NCBI GenBank assembly: GCA_038087875.1
Contig: JAXLNO010000543.1
Coordinates: forward strand, 1-64,000
DNA from: Malacoraja senta
Taxonomy: Eukaryota
Direction: 5' to 3'
Length of the DNA: 64,000 nt
In this document: positions 27,201-37,599 of the stretch, one piece after another
How positions within the stretch are numbered: position 1 is the first letter of the stretch
How the letters are laid out: every line of letters begins with the position of its first letter
Position numbers and translations under genes: made by a program
The notes under the pieces: model-generated
Seen by the model: only the letters and a program-made list of their open reading frames with translations
What the model was told of the DNA's origin: nothing
Databases searched by the model: none

Positions 27201-29083
27201 CTTTTCACATCCTGAAGTATCGTCGCTTTACGCCTGCTGAATTGTTGTCACTTTTCGCATGCTGAATTTTCGTTGCTTTATGTGTCCCGAGGTTTTGTTG
27301 CTTTTCGCGTCTTCAATTTACGTCGCTTTTTGTGTGCTGAATTATAGTCGTGTTTCATTTTCATCGCGTCTAGAAGGTTCGTCGCTTTTCGCATGCTGAA
27401 TTTTTGTGTATTTTCGCATGCTGAATGTTCGTCGTTTGTCCCGTGCTGAATTTTCATCGCTTTTCTCTTTCTGAAATTTTGTTACTTTTCACGTGCTGAA
27501 TTTATGTCGCTTTTCGTGTCCTGAAGGTTCATCACTTTTGTCATGCTGAATTTTCATCGCTTTTCGCAAGCTGAGTTTTCGTCGCTTTTCACGTGCTGAA
27601 TTGTCATCGATTTTCGTGTCCTGAAAGCTTGTCACTTTTCATGTGCTGAAATTTTATCGTTTTTCACAGGCTGATTTTTCGTCGAATTTCGTGTGCTGAA
27701 ATTTTGTCGCTTTTCACGTCCTGAAATATCGTCGCATTATGCATGCTGAATTTATGTCGCTTTTCGCATGCTGAATTTTCATCGCTTTATGTGTCCTGAT
27801 GTTTTGTTGCTTTTCGCGTCCTGAATTCACGTCGCTTTTTGTGTGCTGAATTATCGTCGCTTTTCGCATAGTTCATTTTCATGACTTTTCACATACTGAA
27901 GGTTCATCGCTTTTCACATGCTGAATTTTTGTAGCTTTTCCAGTGCTTCATTTTCATCACTTTTTGTGTCCTGAAGGTTCGTAGCTTTTCGCATGCTGAA
28001 TTTTCTCAATTTTCGCATGCTGAATTTTCGTCACTTTTCGCGTGCTGAATTTTCGTCACTTTTCATGTTCTGAATTTGCATCGCTTTACGCTTCCTGAAG
28101 GTTCATCACTTTTGTCGTGCTGAATTTTCATCGCTTTTCGCAGGCTGAGTTTTCGTCGCTTTTCACGTGCTGTATTTTTGTTGCTTTGCACGTGCTGACA
28201 TTTTCGTCGCTTTATGTGTCCCGATGTTTTGTTGCTTTTCGCGTCCTGAATTTACGTCACTTTTTGTGTGCTGAATTTACATCGCTTTTTGCGTGCTGTA
28301 TTTTTGTAGCTTTTCGCATGCTGAATTTTCGTCGCTTTTCACGTGCAGAAATTTCGTCGCTTTTCATGTTCTGAAATGTTGTCACTTTTCGCGTGCTGAA
28401 TTTGCGTCGCTTTCCGCATCCTGAAGATTCATCGCATTTTGCCTGCTGAATTTTCCTCACTTTTTGCGTGCTGAATTTTCGTCAATTTTCCTGTCCTGAA
28501 AGATCGTCACTTTTCATCTGCTGAATTTTATCGCTTTTCGCAGGCTGATTTTTCGTCGAATTTTGTGTGCTGAAATTTCGTCGCTTTTCACATCCTGAAA
28601 TATCGTCGCTTTATGCGTGGTATATTTTTGTCACTTTTCGCATACTGAATTTTCGTTGCTTTATGTGTCCCGATGTTTTGTTGCTTTTCGCGTCCAGAAT
28701 TTACGTTGCTTTTTGTGTGCTGAATTAACGTCGCTTTTCGCATGTTTCATTTTCATCACTTTTCGCATACTGAAGTTTCGTCGCTTTTCGCATGCTGAAT
28801 TTTTGTTGCTTTTCCAGTGTATCATTTTCATTGCTTTTCACGTCCTGAAGGTTCGTCGCTTTTCGCAGGCTGAAGTTTCGTCGATTTTCGCATGCAGAAT
28901 TTTCGTCACTTTTTACGTGTTGAATTTTCGTCGCTTTTCACGTTCTGAAATTTCGTCACTTTTCGCATGCTGAATTTTCGGCGCTTTTCACGTGCTGAAT
29001 TATTGTCGATTTTCGCATCCTGAATTTTTGTTGCTTTTCCCGTGCTAAATTTTCGTTGTTTTTCTCTTTATGAAATTTCGTTA

Positions 29084-29586
29084 CATAGAAAATATCATAG
29101 AAACATAGAAAATAGGTGCAGGTGTAGGCCATTCGGCCCTTTGAACCTGCACCGCCATTCAATATGATCATGGCTGATCATCCAACTCAGTATCCTGTAC
29201 CTGCTTTCTCTCCATACCCCCTGAGCCCTTTAGCCACAAGGGCCACATCTAACTCCCTCTTAAATATAGCCAATGAACTGGCCTCAACTACCTTCTGTGG
29301 CAGAGAATTCCAGAGATTCACCCCTCTCTGTGTGAAAAATGTTTTCCTCATCTCGGTCGTAAAAGATTTCCCCCTTATCCTTAAACAGTGACCCCTTGTT
29401 CTGGACTTCCCCAACATCGGGAACAAGCTTCCTGCATCTAGCCTGTCCAACCCCTTAAGGGTTTTGTACATTTCTATAAGATCCCCCCTCAATCTTCTAA
29501 TTTCTAGCGAGTACAAACCGAGTCTATCCAGTCTTTCTTCATATGAGTCCTGACATTCCAGGAATCAGTCTGGTGAACCTTCTTCA
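29084..29586 (-). mobile_element. 5'-truncated CR1-clade LINE fragment (HER1-like), copy 1, with a 2-bp frameshift deletion
   Basis: The minus strand encodes LYSLEIRRLRGDLIEMYK..SRTRGH..FFTQRGVNLWNSLPQKVVEA..FKRELD, the CR1 ORF2 C-terminus. The 3' UTR is GATCAGCCATGATCATATTGAATGGCGG.. and the tail is (TTTCTATG)n-like. It reads ATATGAGTCC where the other copies read ATATGAAAGTCC. Confidence 0.93.
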
Positions 29587-32500
29587 TTCGCGTGCTGAAT
29601 TTACATCACTTTCCGCGTAGCGAAGGTTCATCACTTTTGTCGTGCTGAATTTTCATTGCTTTTCGCAGGCTGATTTTTCGTCACTTTTCGCCGCTGAATT
29701 TTCGTCGCTCGTCTAGTTCTGAAATTTCGTCACTTTTCACATGCTGAATATTCGTCGCTTTTCACATCCTAAATGTTCGTCGCTTTTCGCATGCTGAATT
29801 TTCGTCAATTTTCGCGGCTGAATTTTCGTCGCTTGTCTCGTTCTTAAATTTCGTCGCTTTTCACGAGCTGAATATTTCTCGCTTTTCACGCCCTGAATAT
29901 TCGTCGCTTTTCGCAGGCTGAATTTTCGTCGCTTTTCACATGCTGAATATTCGTTGCTTTTAGCGTCCTGAATGTTCGTCACTTTTTGGCTGCTGAATTT
30001 TCGTCACTTTTCGCGTGCTGATTTTTCGTTACTTTTCACGTTCTGAAATTTCGTCACTTTTCGCATTCTGAATTTTCGTAACTTTTCGCGTGCTGAATTT
30101 TCGTCACTTTTCGCGTGCTGAAGTTTTGTCGCTTTTCGCATGCTGAATTTTCGTTGCTTTTCCCGTGCTGTATTTTTGTCACTTTTCGCATGCTGAATTT
30201 TCATCGCTTTTCGCGTGCTGAATTATCGTCGCTTTTCACGTGCTGAATATTCGTCGCTATGTTGTGCTGAATGTTCGTCGCTTTTCGTCTGCTGAATTTG
30301 CGGCACTTTTCGCGGCTGGATTTTCGTCGCTTTTCGCATGCTGAAATTTTGCCTTTTCGTTCATCATTTTCATCACCATTCGTGTGCTTCATTTTTTTAA
30401 ATCACTTTTCGCATGCTGAAGTTTCGTCGCTTTTCACGTCCTGAATTTGTCGCTTTTCTTGCTGAATTATCGTCGCTTTTCACGTTCTGAAATTTTGTCA
30501 CTTTTCACGTGCTTAAATTTCGTCGATTTTCGTGTCCTGAAAGCTTGTCACTTTTCATGTGCTGAATTTTTATCGCTTTTTGCAGGCTGATTTTTCGTCG
30601 ATTTTCGTGTGCTGAAATTTCGTCGCTTTTCACATCCTGAAATGTCGTCGCTTTATGCTTGCTGAATTTTTGTCACTTTTCGCATGCTGAATTTTCTTCG
30701 CTTTATGTGTCCCGATGTTTAGTTGCTTTTCGCCTCTTCAATTTACGTCGTTTTTCGCATGCTGAATTTTCGTTGATTTTCGCTTGCTGAATTTTCGTCA
30801 CTTTTCGCTTGCCGAATTTTCGTTGCTTTTCACGTTCTGAAATTTCGTTGTTCTTCCCGTGCTGAATTTTCGTCGCTTTTCTCTTTCTGAAATTTCATTA
30901 CTTTTTGCGTGCTGAAATTACGTCGCTTTTCACGTCCTGAAGGTTCATCACTTTGGTCGTGCTGAATTTTCATCGCTTTTCGCAGGCTGAGTTTCCGTCG
31001 CTTTTCACGTGATGTATTTTTGTCACTTTTCGCATGCGGAATTTTCGTTGATTTTCGCGTGCTGAATTCTCGTCGCTTTTCCCGTGCTGAATTTTCGTCG
31101 CTTTTCACGTCCTCAATGTTCGTCGCATTTCGACAGCTGAATTTTCGTCACTTTTCGCGGCTAAATTTTCGTTGCTTCTCGTTTTGAAATTTCGTCACTT
31201 TTCGCGTGCTGAATTTTCGTCGCTTTTCGCGTCCTGAAGGTTCATCATTTTTCACGTGCTGAATTTTCATCGCTTTTCGCAGGCTGAATTTTCATCGCTT
31301 GTCTCGTTCTGATATTTTGTCACTTTTCGCGTGCTGAATTTTCGTCGCTTTTCGCGTCCTGAAGGTTCATAATTTTTCACGTGCTGAATTTACGTTGCTT
31401 TTCTTGTGCTAGATTATCGTCGCTTTTCACGTGCTGTATTTTTGTCACTTTTCGCATGCTGAATTTTCGTCGCCTTTCACGTGCTACATTTTTTTTACAT
31501 TTTTCACGTACTGAATTTTCATCGTTTTTCGCAGGCTGAATTTTTGTCGCTTTATGTGTCCCGGTTTAGTTGCTTTTCGTCGATTTTCGCATGCTGAATT
31601 TTTGTCACTTTTCGCTTGCTGAATTTTTGTTGCTTTTCACGTTCTGAAATGTCGTCGTTTTACCCGTGCTGAATTTTCGTCACTTTTCTCTTTCTGAAAT
31701 GTCATTACTTTTTGTGTGCTGAAATTACGTCGCTTTCACGTCCTGAAGGTTCATCACTTTTGTCGTGCTGAATTTTCATCGCTTTTCGCAGGCTGAGTTT
31801 CCGTCGCTTTTCACGTGCTGTATTTTTGTCACTTTTCGCATGCGGAATTTTCGTTGATTTTCGCGTGCTGAATTCTCGTCGCTTTTCGCGTGCTGAATTT
31901 TCGTCGCTTTTCGCGTCCTGAATGTTCGTCGCTTTTCGACAGCTGAATTTTCGTCACTTTTCGTGGCTAAATTTTCGTTGCTTGTCTCGGTCTGAAATTT
32001 CGTCACTTTTCGCGTGCTGAATTTTCGTCGCTTTTCAAGTGCAGAATTGTTGTCACTTTTCGCATGCTGAATTTTCGTTGCTTTATGTGTCCCGAGGTTT
32101 TGTTGCTTTTCGCGTCTTCAATTTACGTCGCGTTTTGTGTGCTGAATTATAGTCGTGTTTCATTTTCATCGCGTCTAGAAGGTTCGGCGCTTTTCGCATG
32201 CTGAATTTTTGTGTATTTTCGCATGCTGAATGTTCGTCGTTTGTCCCATGCTGAATTTCCGTCGCTTTTCTCTTTCTGAAATTTTGTTACTTTTCACGTG
32301 CTGAATTTATGTCGCTTTTCGTGTCCTGAAGGTTCATCACTTTTGTCATGCTGAATTTTGATCGCTTTTCGCAAGCTGAGTTTTCGTCGCTTTTCACGTG
32401 CTGAATTGTCGTCGATTTTCGTGTCCTGAAAGCTTGTCACTTTTCATGTGCTGAAATTTTATCGTTTTTCGCAGGCTGATTTTTCGTCGAATTTCGTGTG

Positions 32501-33845
32501 CTGAAATTTTGTCGCTTTTCACGTCCTGAAATATCGTCGCATTATGCATGCTGAATTTATGTCGCTTTTCGCATGCTGAATTTTCATCGCTTTATGTGTC
32601 CTGATGTTTTGTTGCTTTTCGCGTCCTGAATTCACGTCGCTTTTTGTGTGCTGAATTATCGTCGCTTTTCACATAGTTCATTTTCATGACTTTTCACATA
32701 CTGAAGGTTCAGCGCTTTTCACATGCTGAATTTGTGTAGCTTTTCCAGTGCTTCATTTTCATCACTTTTCGTGTCCTGAAGGTTCGTAGCTTTTCGAATG
32801 CTGAATTTTCTCAATTTTCGCATGCTGAATTTACGTCACTTTTCGCGTGCTGAATTTTCGTCACTTTTCATGTTCTGAAATGTCGTCACATTTCGCGTGC
32901 TGAATTTTTGTCGCCTTTCCCATGCTGAATTTACGTCGCTTTACGCTTCCTGAAGGTTCATCACTTTTGTCGTGCTGAATTTTCATCGCTTTTCGCAGGC
33001 TGTTTTCGTCGCTTTTCACGTGCTGTATTTTTGTTGCTTTGCATCGCTTTTTGCGTGCTGTATTTTTGTAGCTTTTCGCATGCTGAATTTTCGTCGCTTT
33101 TCACGTGCAGAAATTTCGTCGCTTTTCACGTTCTGAAATGTTGTCACTTATCGCGTGCTGAATTTGCGTCGCTTTCCGCATCCTGAAGATTCATCGCATT
33201 TTGCCTGCTGAATTTTCCTCACTTTTTGCGTGCTGAATTTTCGTCAATTTTCCTGTCCTGAAAGATCGTCACTTTTCATCTGCTGAATTTTATCGCTTTT
33301 CGCTGGCTGATTTTTCGTCGAATTTTGTGTGCTGAAATTTCGTCGCTTTTCACATCCTGAAATATCGTCGCTTTATGCGTGGTATACTTTTGTCACTTTT
33401 CGCATACTGAATTTTCGTTGCTTTATGTGTCCCGATGTTTTGTTGCTTTTCGCGTCCAGAATTTACGTTGCTTTTTGTGTGCTGAATTAACGTCGCTTTT
33501 CGCATGTTTTATTTTCATCACTTTTCGCATACTGAAGTTTCGTCGCTTTTCGCATGCTGAATTTTCGTTGCTTTTCCAGTGCATCATTTTCATCGCTTTT
33601 CGCGTCCTGAAGGTTCGTCGCTTTTCGCAGGCTGAAGTTTCGTCGATTTTCGCATGCAGAATTTTCGTCACTTTTTACGTGTTGAATTTTCGTCGCTTTT
33701 CACGTTCTGAAATTTCGTCACTTTTCGCATGCTGAATTTTCGGCGCTTTTCGCGTGCTGAATTATTGTTGATTTTCGCATCCTGAATTTTCGTTGCTTTT
33801 CCCGTGCTGAATTTTTGTCGTTTTTCTCTTTATGAAATTTCGTTA

Positions 33846-34350
33846 CATAGAAAATATCATAGAAACATAGAAAATAGGTGCAGGTGTAGGCCATTCGGCC
33901 CTTTGAGCCTGCACCGCCATTCAATATGATCATGGCTGATCATCCAACTCAGTATCCTGTACCTGCTTTCTCTCCATACCCCCTTATCCCTTTAGCCACA
34001 AGGGCCACATCTAACTCCCTCTTAAATATAGCCAATGAACTGGCCTCAACTACCTTCTGTGGCAGAGAATTCCAGAGATTCACCCCTCTCTGTGTGAAAA
34101 ATGTTTTCCTCATCTCGGTCGTAAAAGATTTCCCCCTTATCCTTAAACAGTGACCCCTTGTTCTGGACTTCCCCAACATCGGGAACAAGCTTCCTGCATC
34201 TAGCCTGTCCAACCCCTTAAGGGTTTTGTACATTTCTATAAGATCCCCCCTCAATCTTCTAATTTCTAGCGAGTACAAACCGAGTCTATCCAGTCTTTCT
34301 TCATATGAAAGTCCTGACATTCCAGGAATCAGTCTGGTGAACCTTCTTCA
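33846..34350 (-). mobile_element. 5'-truncated CR1-clade LINE fragment (HER1-like), copy 2
   Basis: ORF 33949-34320 reads GLSYEERLDRLGLYSLEIRRLRGDLIE..GYGEKAGTGY*. Both junctions are the same as in copy 1; length 505 bp. Confidence 0.93.
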
Positions 34351-34410
34351 TTCGCGTGCTGAATTTACATCACTTTCCGCGTAGCGAAGGTTCATCACTT
34401 TTGTCGTGCT

Positions 34411-34424
34411 GAATTTTCATTGCT
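34411..34424 (+). other. Left target-site duplication of the L1 insertion
   Basis: GAATTTTCATTGCT, identical to 35981-35994. It is single-copy at the paralogous empty sites 29647-29660 and 50392-50405. Confidence 0.92.
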
Positions 34425-35157
34425 CACAAATAGATGATACGTTTGGGAAAATTTTATGAATTTTAGTTTTCGAATAATATAATCTATGTAAAATTTTAAA
34501 TTGTATTAAAGTGTGTCTTACATTAATCGAGCATTTATGCACGTTTAATAAGTATTCATTCCAACTTTCCTTTGAAATTTTAATAGCTAACTCTTGTTCC
34601 CAGTCTCTTCTGATACCCTCCGTAGGTGGTATTTGTACATTTAAAATAATATTATACAAATATGATATTAAGTTTGCTGATTCCGCTTTTATCTGCATTG
34701 CCTCGTCCAATACATCTACTGGGTTATTATAGTGATCTTTTGTATATTTTTTCAAATAGTCACATATTTGAAAATATTTAAAATATTGATTATTTCCGAG
34801 TTTATATTTTATTTGTAATTGTTGAAATGAAAGTAATTTTCCAGTTTCATACAAGTCACCAAGCGTTTTAATTCCTAGTCTATCCCATTGTGTATAAGCT
34901 TTATCTATAATAGAAGGACTAAACGAAGGGTTATTGACTATAGGTAATAAAAGTGATAAATTTCTTAATTTTAAATTTTGTTTTATTTGTTTCCAAATAC
35001 GGATTGTACTATGAATAATTGGGTTCTTATTATAATTTATGTTATTCAGTTTCATTGGAGAGAGGAGGATCGCTCCAATGTTTCTAGAGGAGCAATCCTC
35101 TTTCTCCATTACAATCCAGTCTACTTGCTGGGCGGAGTTATCCATCAGTTGAATCAT
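34425..35157 (-). pseudogene. Inverted segment of L1 ORF2 (post-RT region up to the first Cys of the zinc knuckle)
   Basis: Uninterrupted frame containing PIVNNPSF, WDRLGIKTLGDLY, LLSFQQLQIKYKL, WEQEL and CSINVRHTLIQFKILHRLY..NVSSIC, as in fish-type L1 ORF2 proteins. Confidence 0.88.
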
Positions 35158-35546
35158 GTGATAAATGTCAATCCCAAGAAGCTACTATAGCGCACTCATT
35201 CGTCTTCTGTACAAAAATTCAAAAATTTTGGAATGAAATTTTTGAAATCTTTACAAAGTTATTTAAAACAAGACTGATACCCAAAGCAGAATGGATTATC
35301 TTCGGAATAACGGAAGATGATCCAGAACTAAATGTGTTTCAAAAGAAATTAATGGACTATGGGTTAATAACTGGAAAAAAGCTAATTCTAAAATTTTGGA
35401 AGAAGGCTCCAATACCAACTATAAATATGTGGATTTCAAATATGTTTGAAACATTACACCTAGAAGAGATAAGACTCCTCCTAGCAGGTAAACCAGATCA
35501 CTTCCACCTGACGTGGTCTGCATTTATAGAATTATTACAAACATAG
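35157..35546 (+). pseudogene. Non-inverted C-terminal segment of L1 ORF2 with CCHC zinc knuckle (zf-RVT-like)
   Basis: Manual translation from 35157: CDKCQSQEATIAHSFVFCTKIQKFWNEIF..WIIFG..KKLILKFWKK..P..W..LHLEEIR..F..TWSAFIELLQT*. This contains a C-x2-C-x8-H-x4-C motif. Confidence 0.9.
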
Positions 35547-35980
35547 GGTGCAAAAGCACTTTAAAAAAAATAAAAAATTGAGGTCAGGTAAGGGGGGATG
35601 ATAGTTGAAGAGTTGGTATGTCCTATTTACGTAATACTCAAAAAAAATAAAAAAAAAAATCTTTTTTTTTTTTCCCTCTCTTTCTCTTTTTTTTCCTAGG
35701 GCCTATCTCTTAACTCTTTTTTTTTTTGTTTTTAATTTCGCTCTTATAGGGTCTTCGTCCTTTTTTGTTGTTACATTTTCTACACTTTTCTACACTTTCA
35801 CTTTTTCCTTCACTTTCTTCTTTCTTTCAATCTTTTCCTTTTCTAGTGTAAAAATAAATAAATAAAGGGAGTACATTAATTGTAAGAAGATACAAATGAC
35901 GAGTATTAATGTATGTGGTTGTAATGTAATGTACTTCTAATAAATAAAAATAAAAAATAAAAAATATAAAAAAATAAAAA

Positions 35981-35994
35981 GAATTTTCATTGCT
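35981..35994 (+). other. Right target-site duplication of the L1 insertion
   Basis: GAATTTTCATTGCT immediately after the A-rich tail. Confidence 0.92.
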
Positions 35995-37599
35995 TTTCGC
36001 AGGCTGAATTTTCGTCACTTTTCGCCGCTGAATTTTCGTCGCTCGTCTAGTTCTGAAATTTCGTCACTTTTCATATGCTGAATGTTCGTCGCTTCTCACA
36101 TCCTAAATGTTCGTCGCTTTTTGCATGCTGAATTTTCGTCAATTTTCGCGGCTGAATTTTCGTCGCTTGTCTCGTTCTTAAATTTCGTCGCTTTTCACGA
36201 GCTGAATATTTCTCGCTTTTCACGCCCTGAATGTTCGTCGCTTTTCGCAGGCTGATTTTTCGTCGCTTTTCACGTGCTGTATTTTTGTCACATTTCGCAT
36301 GCTGAATTTTCGTCGCTTTTCACATGCTGAATATTCATTGCTTTTAGCGTCCTGAATGTTCGTCACTTTTTGGCTGCTGAATTTTCGTCACTTTTCGCGT
36401 GCTGATTTTTCGTTACTTTTCACGTTCTGAAATTTCGTCACTTTTCGCATTCTGAATTTTCGTCACTTTTCGCGTGCTGAATTTTCGTCACTTTTCGCGT
36501 GCTGATTTTTCGTTACTTTTCACGTTCTGAAATTTCGTCACTTTTCGCATTCTGAATTTTCGTCACTTTTCGCGTGCTGAATTTTCGTCACTTTTCGCGT
36601 GCTGAATTTTTGTCGCTTTTCGCATGCTGAATTTTCGTTGCTTTTCCCGTGCTGTATTTTTGTCACTTTTCGCATGCTGAATTTTCATCGCTTTTCGCGT
36701 GCTGAATTATCGTCGCTTTTCACGTGCTGAATATTCGTCGCTTTGTTGTGCTGAATGTTCGTCGCTTTTCGTCTGCTGAATTTGCGTCACTTTTCGCGGC
36801 TGGATTTTCGTCGCTTTTCGCATGCTGAAATTTTGCCTTTTCATTCATCATTTTCATCACCATTCGTGTGCTTCATTTTTTTAAATCACTTTTCGCATGC
36901 TGAAGTTTCGTCGCTTTTCACGTCCTGAATTTGTCGCTTTTCTTGCTGAATTATCGTCGCTTTTCACGTTCTGAAATTTTGTCACTTTTCGCGTGCTGAA
37001 ATTTTGTCGATTTTCATGTCCTGAAAGCTCGTCACTTTTCATGTGCTGAATTTTTATCGCTTTTGGCAGGCTGATTTTTCGTTGATTTTCGTGTGCTGAA
37101 ATTTCGTCGCTTTTCAGATCCTGAAATGTCGTCGCTTTATGCTTGCTGAATTTTGGTCACTTTTCGCATGCTGAATTTTCTTCGCTTTATGTGTCCCGAT
37201 GTTTAGTTGCTTTTCGCCTCTTCAATTTACGTCGTTTTTCGCAAGCTGAATTTTCGTCGATTTTCGCATGCTGAATTTTCGTCACTTTTCGCTTGCTGAA
37301 TTTTCGTTGCTTTTCACGTTCTGAAATTTTCGTCGTTCTTCCCGTGCTGAATTTTCGTCGCTTTTCTCTTTCTGAAATTTCATTACTTTTTGCATGCTGA
37401 AATTACGTCGCTTTTCACGTCCTGAAGGTGCATCACTTTGGTCGTGCTGAATTTTCATCGCTTTTCGCAGGCTGAGTTTCCGTCGCTTTTCAAGTGCTGT
37501 ATTTTTGTCACTTTTCGCATGCGGCATTTTCGTTGATTTTCGCGTGCTGAATTCTCGTCGCTTTTCGCGTGCTGAATTTTCGTCGCTTTTCACGTGCTG

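Larger units (their letters stand above)
34425..35980 (+). mobile_element. 5'-truncated, 5'-inverted L1-clade LINE insertion (1,556 bp) with A-rich tail and 14-bp target-site duplication
   Basis: TSD GAATTTTCATTGCT at 34411-34424 and 35981-35994. A minus-strand ORF2 segment joins a plus-strand ORF2 C-terminus, followed by a 3' UTR, AATAAA (35939-35944) and a (TAAAAA)n-like tail. Confidence 0.93.
27240..37590. repeat. Tandem segmental duplication of a ~4.8-kb satellite block carrying the CR1 fragment; the second copy also carries the L1 insertion
   Basis: 27241 matches 32046 (ATTGTTGTCACTTTTCGCATG...TGTGTCCCGAGG). ORF-track twins 28617/33379 and 28956/33718 are offset by 4762. Homology resumes after the L1 (29661 matches 35995). 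Confidence 0.85.

Noticed and set aside
29164..29391. Plus-strand ORF MIMADHPTQY.. and minus-strand MIILNGGAGSKG.. (and their three paralogs) as small genes
   Set aside because: Antisense and 3' UTR/tail read-through frames of the CR1 fragment.
29084..34350. Paired 505-bp direct repeats as LTRs of an LTR retrotransposon
   Set aside because: They encode a LINE ORF2 C-terminus with a simple-repeat tail, lack TG..CA ends, PBS and PPT, and enclose only satellite.
35547..36018. A/T homopolymer and polypyrimidine tracts and the 63-aa ORF 35827-36018 as separate features
   Set aside because: They lie within the TSD-bounded L1 3' UTR and tail; the ORF is low-complexity read-through from the satellite.
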